Virus record (IMG/VR): IMGVR_UViG_2703718819_000006
Length of the DNA: 64,000 nucleotides
Strand: one strand, 5' to 3'
From: a virus
Lineage: Duplodnaviria; Heunggongvirae; Uroviricota; Caudoviricetes
The translations under genes were made by a program, and so were the position numbers. Each line of letters opens with the position of its first letter. Positions within the stretch are counted from its first letter, which is position 1. Positions 1 to 9,735 of the stretch are shown here, piece by piece. The notes beneath the pieces were generated by a model. That model was not told where the DNA came from. It saw only the letters and a list, made by a program, of their open reading frames with translations, and ran no database searches.

Positions 1-544
1 TGTATATTTCGAACATCTCGGTTCGTTCATCGCCAACATCAAGCTCAGATGCTATAGCGTGGCATTCAGTCGCGAGAGCCGATATTTTCTGAAATAACTC
101 TGCATTATTCACTGTTCGACTCCTGCGGCGTTCTGGTAGTGGCATCCAGTGTGTGACATTGCTAATCAGACCATATTCATTAGTTTGAGGATGGTTGCCG
201 TTATCGTCTCCGTATTTAAGACTCTCCATAAAGCCATAATGCCTATCACCATTAACGCTCACAAAGCCGTAATAAGCAGGTATAACGCCGATCTCACACG
301 TAACCAGTAAAGGAAAACTAGTTCTCCAATTTAGCTCGCCAATTACAGGCATTCGCTCACTACAGCTTATCCAACCATCCTTAGTTGCTGCTGTATTGGC
401 ATAGGCCTTACGGTGCTTCTGTAGCTCTGCTGCAATCGCTCTCACGACTTCAACTGGTGCCCTTGCAGCAAACTCAATGTTGGTGATCAGCTCATTAAGA
501 TATTTCTCGCTTGGGTAGCATTTCTTATTGTTAACGGTGGTCAT
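1..544 (-). CDS. hypothetical protein, 3' part runs off the window start; contains a WMPLPE motif reminiscent of DUF551
   Basis: Open minus-strand frame from an ATG near 544 (TAATG overlap with next gene) to position 1; not in ORF track because no stop inside window. Confidence 0.4.
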   Translation of the reverse strand, partial: MTTVNNKKCYPSEKYLNELITNIEFAARAPVEVVRAIAAELQKHRKAYANTAATKDGWISCSERMPVIGELNWRTSFPLLVTCEIGVIPAYYGFVSVNGDRHYGFMESLKYGDDNGNHPQTNEYGLISNVTHWMPLPERRRSRTVNNAELFQKISALATECHAIASELDVGDERTEMFEIY

Positions 545-732
545 TAGATAGCTCTCTCAACAACAAGCAATTCGTCGTAGTCATAATCCGTTTCGGAACC
601 ATCTGTACCGAACAGAGTCACTTTGTCACCTTCCATCCAGAAAGATTTAACCGCACATCGTTTGCCTTTAGATGTTATGACCACATCACCTGGGATTACA
701 TCTTCAGCGCGAACTTCTACTGTTCTCATCAT
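544..732 (-). CDS. small hypothetical protein (start moved to internal ATG with AAGAGGG RBS)
   Basis: ORF track 544..765; internal MMRTVEV start preceded by RBS. Confidence 0.4.
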   Translation of the reverse strand: MMRTVEVRAEDVIPGDVVITSKGKRCAVKSFWMEGDKVTLFGTDGSETDYDYDELLVVERAI

Positions 733-1147
733 GCTGACCCTCTTTGGTGAAAACGCCTGATGCAATACTGTTTATGATGCTGTCAGTACAGGGAGTAGAA
801 AGCTGGGCATCTCCAGCTATTTTCATGACTTCGACATCCGCATATCGAATACCGAGGTGTATCAGACCTGCTATACCTGACTTAAGTCGAACATTTTCCA
901 TAAACAGATCCTTTTCCCGCTGTTTAACGGTCTCCAGCTCAACACGCAACTTCTCAATTTCGGCAGCCATGTAGTAACCAACCATAGCGAAAGTGGCGAA
1001 AGGGTAGTCAGAATCATCAGGAGATACGGAGGCCATTAGCAGACCATCGTGCATGTTCTGGCTTCCATCAGTGATGGATACCGCATAAGAATCGCTGGTT
1101 TCCCGTTTATACAATACGACGACCGGGTTCTTGATTTTCTCTCTCAT
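704..1147 (-). CDS. hypothetical protein
   Basis: ORF track; ATG start overlaps upstream stop (TAATG). Confidence 0.5.
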   Translation of the reverse strand: MREKIKNPVVVLYKRETSDSYAVSITDGSQNMHDGLLMASVSPDDSDYPFATFAMVGYYMAAEIEKLRVELETVKQREKDLFMENVRLKSGIAGLIHLGIRYADVEVMKIAGDAQLSTPCTDSIINSIASGVFTKEGQHDENSRSSR

Positions 1148-1689
1148 TACGATGCCTCTAACTTGTCTAACTCTTTCAGCCCTTCACGTACCGCGTTCAC
1201 AATGCGTTCCAGATACTGGTATTTCGGGTTTGGTACCGTTGGCCAGTCGGCATACCACGGATCATCACCAAAGAGATTCAGCAGTTTGTTACCGACGCCG
1301 AAACAACAGCAGCTTTCTTTTACGTCATCGGCGTTTTCCGCCTCGTCCCACATTTCACGAGCCAGTACGGCGTCGATTTCTCTCTCTCTTCGTAACTTTA
1401 TGATTTCTGACTTCACGAAAAGCAGATTTGCATCGTTGTCATCGTCGACCGTGCTTAGCAGTTGAGGGTCGAAATTGTCGATTAGATAATCGTTGCTAAC
1501 TCGCTTAATGAACGTCTGCACATCATCACCGCCCATAGCAAACCAAGCCGCAGTCCACGCTTTTCCGTAGCAGGTGATGGTGATTCTTCCCTTACCAGGT
1601 TCGTAGTTTTCAATCATCACTCGAACCGGATCGAGACGCTCCAGCTCTGTCAACACAAAGGAAAGAACATCTATTTTTTCTACCTTCAT
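1147..1689 (-). CDS. hypothetical protein
   Basis: ORF track 1147..1701 begins on GTG; ATG at 1689 has GGGAGG RBS and ATGA overlap with upstream stop. Confidence 0.5.
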   Translation of the reverse strand: MKVEKIDVLSFVLTELERLDPVRVMIENYEPGKGRITITCYGKAWTAAWFAMGGDDVQTFIKRVSNDYLIDNFDPQLLSTVDDDNDANLLFVKSEIIKLRREREIDAVLAREMWDEAENADDVKESCCCFGVGNKLLNLFGDDPWYADWPTVPNPKYQYLERIVNAVREGLKELDKLEAS

Positions 1690-2327
1690 GCAGCCTCCCA
1701 CGCGCTCCAGATCAGCGATTTGTGTTTTTCATAACGTTTGATGTGTACCGGTTTCAGAAGCGCAATACCTTCAGTGACTTTCGCCTTTGCGCTTAATAAC
1801 AACGGGTGTTCTATACCTATCCTCTCCATGTACTCGACAACATCAGCGTTGGCACCAATCTCCTTCCCGTTAAAAAGTACGTCCAGCATCAGCTCTTTCT
1901 CTGCAAGGTAGATAGCTGAAAACTCAGGATCGCGACTCACGATAGAAGAGGTATTGTCGAGCAGGTCAGCCAGCTTGATCATGCGCGTCTGCATGTCGAG
2001 ATTTTGCTCCAGCTCCCGGACATTGATGATGAAACGCTGTATTCGATTGCCGTCTTCTGGCCTTGCAATGTTGGTCAGAGCCTGAACCATTTCAGCTACG
2101 TGATCACCGAAGTGATCACGAACCATCTCTATGGTTACATGGGTGTCTTCGACCACATCATGCAGAAGCGCCGCGATTTGCATCTCCACGGTTCCGTCAT
2201 GCAATGCAACAATCTCTCGGACAGCAACCGGGTGGTTGATGTAGTTTTCGCCGGTATATTTTCTTTTCTGACCAACGCCACCATGAGCGCCAGCGGCGAA
2301 CATATGTGCTTCGGAAATACTAGACAT
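1686..2327 (-). CDS. HD-domain phosphohydrolase, SpoT/RelA-hydrolase-like small alarmone ((p)ppGpp) hydrolase
   Basis: Motifs HPVAV, LHDVVEDT, IKLADLLDN match the HD hydrolase domain of SpoT/Mesh1-type enzymes. Confidence 0.7.
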   Translation of the reverse strand: MSSISEAHMFAAGAHGGVGQKRKYTGENYINHPVAVREIVALHDGTVEMQIAALLHDVVEDTHVTIEMVRDHFGDHVAEMVQALTNIARPEDGNRIQRFIINVRELEQNLDMQTRMIKLADLLDNTSSIVSRDPEFSAIYLAEKELMLDVLFNGKEIGANADVVEYMERIGIEHPLLLSAKAKVTEGIALLKPVHIKRYEKHKSLIWSAWEAA

Positions 2328-2446
2328 TCTTAACTCCGTTGTTTTCTAGTTGTGGTTATTTTCACAAATAAGAAAAGGCAGAAAACAATTTATTTAAGGC
2401 CACAACTTATGGCCTTTATTTATTCACGCAGAAGGATTTGTAGCGT

Positions 2447-2827
2447 CTAATTGCCGGATAAAATGGGGTGAGGTGCTTGCCAGTAGGCTCCACCGTTCCA
2501 TGTGAATCCCATGCGAATAAGAGTGTTTATTGCGGCTTTGGTAGACTCAGATTCGACACTGGCTTTTCGAAACTCTTGAACCTCTTTCGCCAACTTGTAT
2601 GTAATTGTGCTGGGGACGATTGCAGCCCAGCCTTTCTCATGACTGTTAATGACCATCTGGATGTGACCATCCAGAATAGGTTGATTAGGCATGTTATTGA
2701 AAATGTCTGCCTGTTTTTGAATGTGAAGAAAAAGCCTTGCCAGCTCCATTTGCTCACTACGAGACAAGGGATTATCAAGAGGGCTTTTTGCAAAAGCGGC
2801 TATACGCTGTGCGTCAATGCCAAACAT
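2447..2827 (-). CDS. hypothetical protein
   Basis: ORF track; ATGA overlap with upstream gene. Confidence 0.5.
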   Translation of the reverse strand: MFGIDAQRIAAFAKSPLDNPLSRSEQMELARLFLHIQKQADIFNNMPNQPILDGHIQMVINSHEKGWAAIVPSTITYKLAKEVQEFRKASVESESTKAAINTLIRMGFTWNGGAYWQAPHPILSGN

Positions 2828-3531
2828 CAGCGCACCTCACCATCTTTATGGCTGGAGCTAACTTCCGCCATTAAATGTCTGACGTAATCGACAAGAGAGC
2901 CACCTGGTGGAATCTGGCATTCCTCAACTAACTGGAAGTAGATATCCGCTGCATTACGTGTATTGCTACCCGCACATATTCTTTCTTCCCGAAGTGCATG
3001 AAGCTCGTTGATCAAACGGTCACACTCTCCGTTACGCTGATCCACAACGGCCTCAAGCTCTGCGACGCGTTCACCTGGCGTCTTACCTTCTTTGCGTTGG
3101 ATGGTAACGACGAAATCGCCAATTGCAGGGGCGTTGTAATCCAGCTCAAGGTAGTTTTTGGCACCGCTGCGGACGAACTCACCCGCGAACATGGTGGCGA
3201 ACATCGCAGAGGCCACTTCGCCGTTGAAAAGTGACTCCAGATCTAACGGAGTCCCGGCATCAAGAGCCTCTTTTGCTGTATCCATTGCATCCATGAACCG
3301 ATCAAACTCATTGGCGCGCTTTTCCAGGTTTTTCCATTGCTCGCTCCAACGTTTGGCAACGAAGTCTATGAATGTTTTCGCGGATTCATCAAAATTCCCC
3401 TCAAACTTAACGATGCCTTTATCAATAATGATCTGGCCTACCGCATCCTCTGCATAACCTTTCAATGTAAACTTGAAAGGAAAATCAGAATGGCCTGTGA
3501 CGTTAAAATGCTCTAACTGGAGGTTGTTCAT
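2827..3531 (-). CDS. hypothetical protein
   Basis: ORF track; start carries the conserved AAAGGAAAAACACATG leader. Confidence 0.55.
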   Translation of the reverse strand: MNNLQLEHFNVTGHSDFPFKFTLKGYAEDAVGQIIIDKGIVKFEGNFDESAKTFIDFVAKRWSEQWKNLEKRANEFDRFMDAMDTAKEALDAGTPLDLESLFNGEVASAMFATMFAGEFVRSGAKNYLELDYNAPAIGDFVVTIQRKEGKTPGERVAELEAVVDQRNGECDRLINELHALREERICAGSNTRNAADIYFQLVEECQIPPGGSLVDYVRHLMAEVSSSHKDGEVR

Positions 3532-3592
3532 GTGTTTTTCTCTTATCGTTTAGTAACTACATTCTTACACAAATTAGGTAAGTATTTACCTA

Positions 3593-5278
3593 TCATTTAA
3601 CGCGTTTGAAAACGTATACGCTGACTGTGATCCCTGTGTCTTCAAACTCGTTGGTAAACGACTTCCCTCTGGCATAAACGTAATTATCCATCGTCATCCA
3701 GTCCAGTATTGGCGCAGTGCCCGGCAATACTGCTACAAGACGCCCGCCGACTTTCAGATGCCCCAGCGCAGCCAGCGTGTGCTCTCTATGACGACCAAGC
3801 GAGTACGGCGGGTTCATAACGATTTTGTCGAACTGATAACCTACGTTGTCCTCAGACCACTTTATGAAGTCGCAGCAAATCGTGTTCGTATACCCTTTTC
3901 CGCGCAGGATATCAGCGAAGAGAGGTGCGATTTCTATGCAGGTAACATCTTCCAGATCGGCGTTGATATAGGCCAGAAGATCCCCACGTCCGGCTTGAGG
4001 CTCCAGCAGCTTCTCACCAGGCTTCAATTCAGTGGCTCTGGCAACGTACTCAGCAATCAAGCGTGGGGTAGGGTAGAACTGGTGTGATTTTGTATCCGGT
4101 ATTAATCCGGTAGCCACAATCGTATTTAGCGTATGGCCGATCTCATACGGGAACTGCCAGTGCTTTTTCTCCTGCACGCCGCCAATGAAGCTCAGTGTGC
4201 GCTCAAGCTCTTCCACCTGCGACTTCTGGAGAGCTGAATCAGAGAAGTACCATACGCCTTTGTCTTTGCTTAATCGCCCGTCACGAAGCGCAGTGCGAAC
4301 CGGCACGGAGATCGTCTTCTGGATTAACCCGAACTGCTTTGGTGCCCGTGTTTTTGGCGCGGTGCGACATGGCGCGGGGATTGCAGCAGGCATACTGTAA
4401 GCCAGCACCTCATTCAACTTCCAGGCCACGTCAGGATGTATTTCAAAGTGAACGTTGCCGTTCTTGAACATCTTCACGCGCATTAGATTTCCATCGACGT
4501 TCATCCAGTCACCGGTCTGGCAGTCGTTTGCCCGATACGCAGCTGATAGCACCTCAGCAGTGCGGTTGATGGTAATAAATTCTTTGTGCGCGAAGAAATG
4601 AAGCAAGACACGCAGATCGTCGATATAGTCCTCTTTGCGATAGTTCACACTAACGCTGTCCCGCCAGAAATCAGAAATGCAGTCAGCGATTATCAGACGT
4701 TCGCTGAAACCGTTTGTCTTATTTGTCTTGTGCGCAGGACTCAGCGCCTTAAACAAGCCATACACGCGCTCAGAGAGATATTTGTGCCTGTCATTCAGCA
4801 AATTAAGCATCGTGGGTATGACCGTTTCTGCTTTGAACTCCGGTACACCAACGAACTCTTTAACCTTCATCTGGTAGCCGGTTCTGTCAGTTTTGATGAC
4901 TTCCTGTTTGCCCTCTATAAACTGCTCGCGCCACTCATCTCGACGGGAAGCTGGCATGATCAGCAAAACGTTAGTCATGTCCGTGACCTTCCTCCAGTAC
5001 TCGGCCCAAATATTCTGTTTCACCCATTCCAGATCGACTTTATCCAACCAACCTCGATTTAAACGCGAGCGATCTTCATCTGGTCGATGGTTTAGTCTCA
5101 GCAGGCGATTAATCATGTTGTGGCGTTCGTCGCCATAAACGAAGTCGTGTACCTGATACATGAAGGCGATCTCTTTCTCGCACTCGGCCACAATTTCGTG
5201 GATGACGTTCATTTCCTGCCGATAGTCGATAGCAGTGTTTGAGTTGGCATCGTCGATGATGGAAAGGGCTGTATTCAT
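3593..5278 (-). CDS. putative N6-adenine DNA methyltransferase (gamma-class core at C-terminus) with ~390 aa N-terminal domain of unknown function
   Basis: C-terminal motifs FYPTP (motif X), LEPQAGRGDLL (motif I), NPPY (motif IV) in that order; N-terminal part without recognisable motifs. Confidence 0.6.
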   Translation of the reverse strand: MNTALSIIDDANSNTAIDYRQEMNVIHEIVAECEKEIAFMYQVHDFVYGDERHNMINRLLRLNHRPDEDRSRLNRGWLDKVDLEWVKQNIWAEYWRKVTDMTNVLLIMPASRRDEWREQFIEGKQEVIKTDRTGYQMKVKEFVGVPEFKAETVIPTMLNLLNDRHKYLSERVYGLFKALSPAHKTNKTNGFSERLIIADCISDFWRDSVSVNYRKEDYIDDLRVLLHFFAHKEFITINRTAEVLSAAYRANDCQTGDWMNVDGNLMRVKMFKNGNVHFEIHPDVAWKLNEVLAYSMPAAIPAPCRTAPKTRAPKQFGLIQKTISVPVRTALRDGRLSKDKGVWYFSDSALQKSQVEELERTLSFIGGVQEKKHWQFPYEIGHTLNTIVATGLIPDTKSHQFYPTPRLIAEYVARATELKPGEKLLEPQAGRGDLLAYINADLEDVTCIEIAPLFADILRGKGYTNTICCDFIKWSEDNVGYQFDKIVMNPPYSLGRHREHTLAALGHLKVGGRLVAVLPGTAPILDWMTMDNYVYARGKSFTNEFEDTGITVSVYVFKRVK

Positions 5279-5381
5279 AATTGCACCATTAAGAAGTGAT
5301 TTGTTTAATGGTGCAATTATTTCAAAAATGAAAAGGTACTAAATAGAAATAAACAGGCAATCCTTCAAATAAAGGCATTGG

Positions 5382-5996
5382 CTAATCATACTTGGAGGTA
5401 TTTATCACCAGAATTTTGTTTGTATAAATCTTCTTAATATCCCATGTGACATTACCGGAATACCATTGACCGTTATATACTTGGTTTCCAGTTGCACCTG
5501 TCATTGTTACATAGACAGGTCTGTCGTAATCGGTTCGTCTATAGTTATATACCCCAACCATAGCAGGCATTACCGCACATGGATACCCCATATCTATTGT
5601 AAATTGAGGGTCAGAAATAGTGATAAGTTTCGCATCAAGGGGCATCATCTCACCGTGATACACCATTGCGCCTGCGCTGTTATACATGGCAATGCCATAG
5701 CCAGAATGTGGTAACACCATATCAGAAAAAGCATAAACTGTTATTGTTCCGGGGCTACCATTTACCTGATGCAATCTGAGAGCATTGTATCCGTTACTAT
5801 GCTCATGAATAAACATCATGTTCGCCTTATTACTGCTTTTTATGAAGAAAAAGCATGATTTGTTTGATGGGATTGATGTTTGAAAAACAGAACCTTTAGA
5901 TGTAGACATTGTCCCTTTATTAATCAGATTTTGCGGAGTAAATTCTGGACTCATCCACAAACTTCCATCTGATTGAGTAATTGACATCCCGAACAT
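5382..5996 (-). CDS. hypothetical protein, G/Y/N/T-rich, in AT-rich island
   Basis: ORF track 5382..6053 begins on TTG; internal ATG at 5996; low GC relative to flanks. Confidence 0.4.
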   Translation of the reverse strand: MFGMSITQSDGSLWMSPEFTPQNLINKGTMSTSKGSVFQTSIPSNKSCFFFIKSSNKANMMFIHEHSNGYNALRLHQVNGSPGTITVYAFSDMVLPHSGYGIAMYNSAGAMVYHGEMMPLDAKLITISDPQFTIDMGYPCAVMPAMVGVYNYRRTDYDRPVYVTMTGATGNQVYNGQWYSGNVTWDIKKIYTNKILVINTSKYD

Positions 5997-5998
5997 AA

Positions 5999-6280
5999 TT
6001 ATCCCCAGTATGTGTATATGTAAGAACCAAGCCCCGTATATAAATTTGACCAACTAACCGTATTTCCATTAATAGTAACTGTTGGAACAGGTAAATTAAT
6101 GTAGTTGTCGTTGTTAAGAGGCATCAATGACCACACGGCATGTAGCGATTTACCCGGTGGCGGATTGGAGTACGTCTTAGAGCCTGATGACGCAGTAAAT
6201 CGATCAAGAAAAAAAATAGGAGTAAGGAAGCCAGTAACGTTAATTCCTTTATTGTTGTAAATCCCTGTACCGTATGCCAT
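5999..6280 (-). CDS. hypothetical protein, G/Y/N/T-rich, in AT-rich island
   Basis: ORF track; ATG with AAGGA RBS. Confidence 0.4.
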   Translation of the reverse strand: MAYGTGIYNNKGINVTGFLTPIFFLDRFTASSGSKTYSNPPPGKSLHAVWSLMPLNNDNYINLPVPTVTINGNTVSWSNLYTGLGSYIYTYWG

Positions 6281-6335
6281 TTTTCATCCTTGTTTTTTAT
6301 CAACACAATATGGCCGATCATGCGGCCATATCAGA

Positions 6336-6905
6336 TCAATTAGAGCTTTGAAAGGCTTTGTGTGGCTGTGTTGCGAGGTTATGTCGATGGCTTAACTCAC
6401 GCATCATGTCTTCAAGCCGACTCTTTGTGTCGTCGAGTTGGTCGGCCATTGCTCCCAAAAGCTGACGAACGGCCATCGGATCATCGCTGTTTAGTGATGG
6501 CATTTTATAACCCGCCTGAGAAGACATAAGATTGAACGCAGACATCAACATCGTTAGAGAGGATTTAAGCCCAGCAATTTCACGATCTTTGCTGGCAATA
6601 ATCGCCTCACTCTTGTTAGTGTCATCAGTTCGTTGAGTCTCGCTCACCATATCCAAAGTCGCCTGCAACTTATCAGCGCGCTCTTTTTCAGCAAGATAAT
6701 GAACACCGAAATGATGTGCTAAAGCTACAACCTGAGTTGGCTCTTCAAAGGTGGACTCAAAATTAAGTGCTGTAACCACTCTCTCAAATATGGAAACGTC
6801 TTCTATTCCTCGAAGAATGGCTAACATTTTGACCAGTTCATTAGCATCCATTTCTTCGAATAAGGCGTTTTGTTCATCAGCTATCGCTTTGCATTTCTTG
6901 CACAT
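6336..6905 (-). CDS. hypothetical protein
   Basis: ORF track; conserved leader motif upstream. Confidence 0.5.
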   Translation of the reverse strand: MCKKCKAIADEQNALFEEMDANELVKMLAILRGIEDVSIFERVVTALNFESTFEEPTQVVALAHHFGVHYLAEKERADKLQATLDMVSETQRTDDTNKSEAIIASKDREIAGLKSSLTMLMSAFNLMSSQAGYKMPSLNSDDPMAVRQLLGAMADQLDDTKSRLEDMMRELSHRHNLATQPHKAFQSSN

Positions 6906-7202
6906 GTGTTTTTCCTAATGCTTAAACAAGTTGTTTTCTTATTGGCTTTATTGTGATGTGGCATAAAAGGGGAGCAAGCTAAACGTAAAGGTGCAAACTC
7001 TCTATTTCGGTCAACGAAACACAAGGGCCATTTGGCCCTTGTCATTAACACGTTGCTTTACGGACTAGCGGATAAGCGAAGTAGATCGCCAGACCAATGA
7101 GGACGCCATCAGAAATGACAGACATCATCTTTCCCGTAAAATCCACCAACACCGCCATCACCAGAAGAGCAATGACGGTCACAAGCCGGAATCTCTCAAG
7201 CA

Positions 7203-7628
7203 TTAGAGATAAGCATCCAGTGACAACTGAAGCGCCTGTGCGATCTTTTTCAGGGCCAGCTCTTCTTGTTCGCCAATACCGTCTTGGTCGGCAATATCAA
7301 GGCACAGACACAGTACATCTACTGCATCATTAGTCCCGGCCACATCAGCCAGCTCACGTAAAGCCTGGGCATTAGCGCGGCGCGGTGAGGCTTCGTATTG
7401 AGCACGGATATTGGCACTCATTTGGGCAATCTCACCAGCAAACGGAGAAAACGCAGGCAGAGCTGCAATTGTTTTCTCAAGAATGGAAATTTCCTTTGCG
7501 TCGCATGTGCCATCGGCATAGGAGATCATGTACGCGCCCCACACGGTGGCTTCAACCGCATCTCGGTTCTCCATTTTTTTGACCTCGATAACAGCTTTAC
7601 GAGTTTTCTTTTTGAATAAACCTAACAT
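7203..7628 (-). CDS. TerB-like domain protein (tellurite-resistance TerB fold), putative
   Basis: Pattern ADGxxDxKEIxxLxxxI and acidic C-terminal helices typical of TerB-like proteins; assignment from memory. Confidence 0.45.
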   Translation of the reverse strand: MLGLFKKKTRKAVIEVKKMENRDAVEATVWGAYMISYADGTCDAKEISILEKTIAALPAFSPFAGEIAQMSANIRAQYEASPRRANAQALRELADVAGTNDAVDVLCLCLDIADQDGIGEQEELALKKIAQALQLSLDAYL

Positions 7629-7721
7629 GTGCTTTCCTTTTGTTATTTGTTAAAACAAGTTGTTTTCTAGTTACATGAATTGCTTACGAAAAGACGGTCA
7701 ATGCATATGCACTAACAACCG

Positions 7722-7910
7722 TCAGAAATAACCAAGTACCGAACCGACTGGAAAAACAAAAATCCCAACAACACGAGCCAAGGTCATACCAGCCTGAAAC
7801 TGGAGATCACCAGAGCAAACGAGTTTTACAATGTTCGATACCCAACCGGCGACCATAAGGGCAAGAATTGCCAGCCAAATTTTTCCAAAGTGATTTGAAA
7901 ACCAGTTCAT
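7722..7910 (-). CDS. small membrane protein (two predicted TM helices)
   Basis: ORF track; hydrophobic segments. Confidence 0.4.
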   Translation of the reverse strand: MNWFSNHFGKIWLAILALMVAGWVSNIVKLVCSGDLQFQAGMTLARVVGIFVFPVGSVLGYF

Positions 7911-7919
7911 ACAACCGCC

Positions 7920-8414
7920 TTAGTCACAGCATGATCCTGAGTAACTGGATGAACTTGAGGTATCGCATCCACCGTCATCCCATCCAGAGTGACAGGACGC
8001 TCTACTGGAGTGGTGGTAATTGTCGTCGACGGAGGTGTGGTGATGGATGAACCCGGCATCAAAAGGCTCTGGCCGGCTGGAACGGCTACCGTCGCCAGTG
8101 AAACTATAATGAGAACGTAGGCCATTGGTTTCAGCCTCTTTCTTTGAAAATTTTCCATTCGAACTGTCCTTGTTGTTTTTCTCCTTCACTAAAGGCCGTG
8201 TACTTTTCGCTTCGCGTGAAGAACCAGAGGTAACAATCGCCCCCACGTTCGCAACAACTGACGCTTGCTTATCTAAACGTTCATTCAGCAACCGAACGGC
8301 AGTCTCTAGTTCATCAAGACGTGACAGAACACGACCGCTAAATAATTCGGCCAAAATTTGACGTAGTGAACGAGGACGTTTAGTTGCAGAAGTGAAATAG
8401 GTTTGACGTGCCAT
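7920..8414 (-). CDS. hypothetical protein (N-terminal half coiled-coil-like; C-terminal half low complexity and overlapped by a signal-peptide ORF in another frame)
   Basis: ORF track 7920..8414 and overlapping 7907..8158. Confidence 0.35.
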   Translation of the reverse strand: MARQTYFTSATKRPRSLRQILAELFSGRVLSRLDELETAVRLLNERLDKQASVVANVGAIVTSGSSREAKSTRPLVKEKNNKDSSNGKFSKKEAETNGLRSHYSFTGDGSRSSRPEPFDAGFIHHHTSVDDNYHHSSRASCHSGWDDGGCDTSSSSSYSGSCCD

Positions 8415-8559
8415 GTGGACTCCATCCAGTGTCAGAAAGAGTTGCGGCTGGCGATTGCCAGCCGCCTTTCTCGTTCCATCCTGGAACTGTGTCTTACCGA
8501 CACATTGTCATCCTGACGCCGATAAGATACATGATTTAAAATGATAGGTAAACACTTAC

Positions 8560-9153
8560 TTACTGCTTGTTGTAAACAAAACCAATATCTTTCTTGTGAG
8601 GCATATCTGCTGCGGAAAAAGCTGCGATCTTCGCGAGTCGATCACATATTTCATTTTCACGATGCCCGGCGTGACCTTTAACCCACTTCCAGCGAACATT
8701 ATGTCGACTTGCAGCCTCATCCAGACGCTTCCACAGATCAACATTCTTTACCGGTTTTTTGTCAGAAGTCACCCATCCATTGCGTTTCCACCATTTCATC
8801 CACTGTGTCATGCCGTTTTTCAGATACTGGCTATCAGAGTGCAAAATAACGTTGCATGGATATTTCAAACGCTCCAGCCCGATAAGTGCCCCCATCATCT
8901 CCATGCGGTTATTGGTGGTGCTATGAAAACCATCTGAGAACTCGCGTTCCTCACCACGATACTGGAGAACGATACCGTAACCGCCCGGGCCACCCGGATT
9001 TTTAAGGCAAGAGCCATCACTAAAGATTTTCACGGTTTTAAGCTGGGGATTGAACTCTACGACAGGCGTTGTGGGATTGGTGCGGGGGGAATTTTTGTTT
9101 TTGGCTTTTTTGCGAGTTTTTGCTTGCGATCGAGCTGGTGTCTTCGTCGTCAT
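8560..9153 (-). CDS. rnhA: ribonuclease HI
   Basis: Strong similarity to RNase HI (FSDGSC..GGYG, TNNRME, KGHAGHxENExCDxLA); start moved to ATG with AGGAG RBS. Confidence 0.85.
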   Translation of the reverse strand: MTTKTPARSQAKTRKKAKNKNSPRTNPTTPVVEFNPQLKTVKIFSDGSCLKNPGGPGGYGIVLQYRGEEREFSDGFHSTTNNRMEMMGALIGLERLKYPCNVILHSDSQYLKNGMTQWMKWWKRNGWVTSDKKPVKNVDLWKRLDEAASRHNVRWKWVKGHAGHRENEICDRLAKIAAFSAADMPHKKDIGFVYNKQ

Positions 9154-9735
9154 ATAAACTCCTGAATCAAGCGCCGCGCCGATTTTTCCTCGCGCGTGCG
9201 CACACGCGTGCGTGTTAATAATTATTAAAATAAACAAATTACTTCCCAGAACAGGTTTTTATAAACCTGAACTGAACGAACGAAGTGAGTGAAGTTCACC
9301 TCGAACGAAGTGAGAGGTTGTCTTTTCAGGTAATACTCTCCCAGGGAGGTGAGTATAAAAATCTCTCACCAACCTGGTCGTTTCATAACCTGAAAAGTTA
9401 TGGTCTAAGTCTACTGCCAGCTTAGACTTGGGAAGTTATGGATGACAGCACCCCAGAACCGAGATCTTCCCACACTTTATGAAGGGGAGTACTGGATTCA
9501 ACCTCTCGAAACACCCCAGACTCGACAATCATAAAGTGACCCTTGTCTCCGCTCACTTTGGTTCCCCCTTCCCCGACACCTAAACGGCACCAGTTCTACG
9601 CTGGTAGTGAGCTTTTTTAAACCTGACGCCAGTGACGCTTACCCCCACCCATCAGGTCGAGTCTCCAGTCTACGACTGGAAACTATCAGATCTTAGCACT
9701 TACAATTCACTTTATGAATAGTTTGTACTTATCTA

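Noticed and set aside
6124-6321. ORF 6124..6321 (-)
   Set aside because: Overlaps the better-supported 5999..6280 gene in another frame and has no RBS
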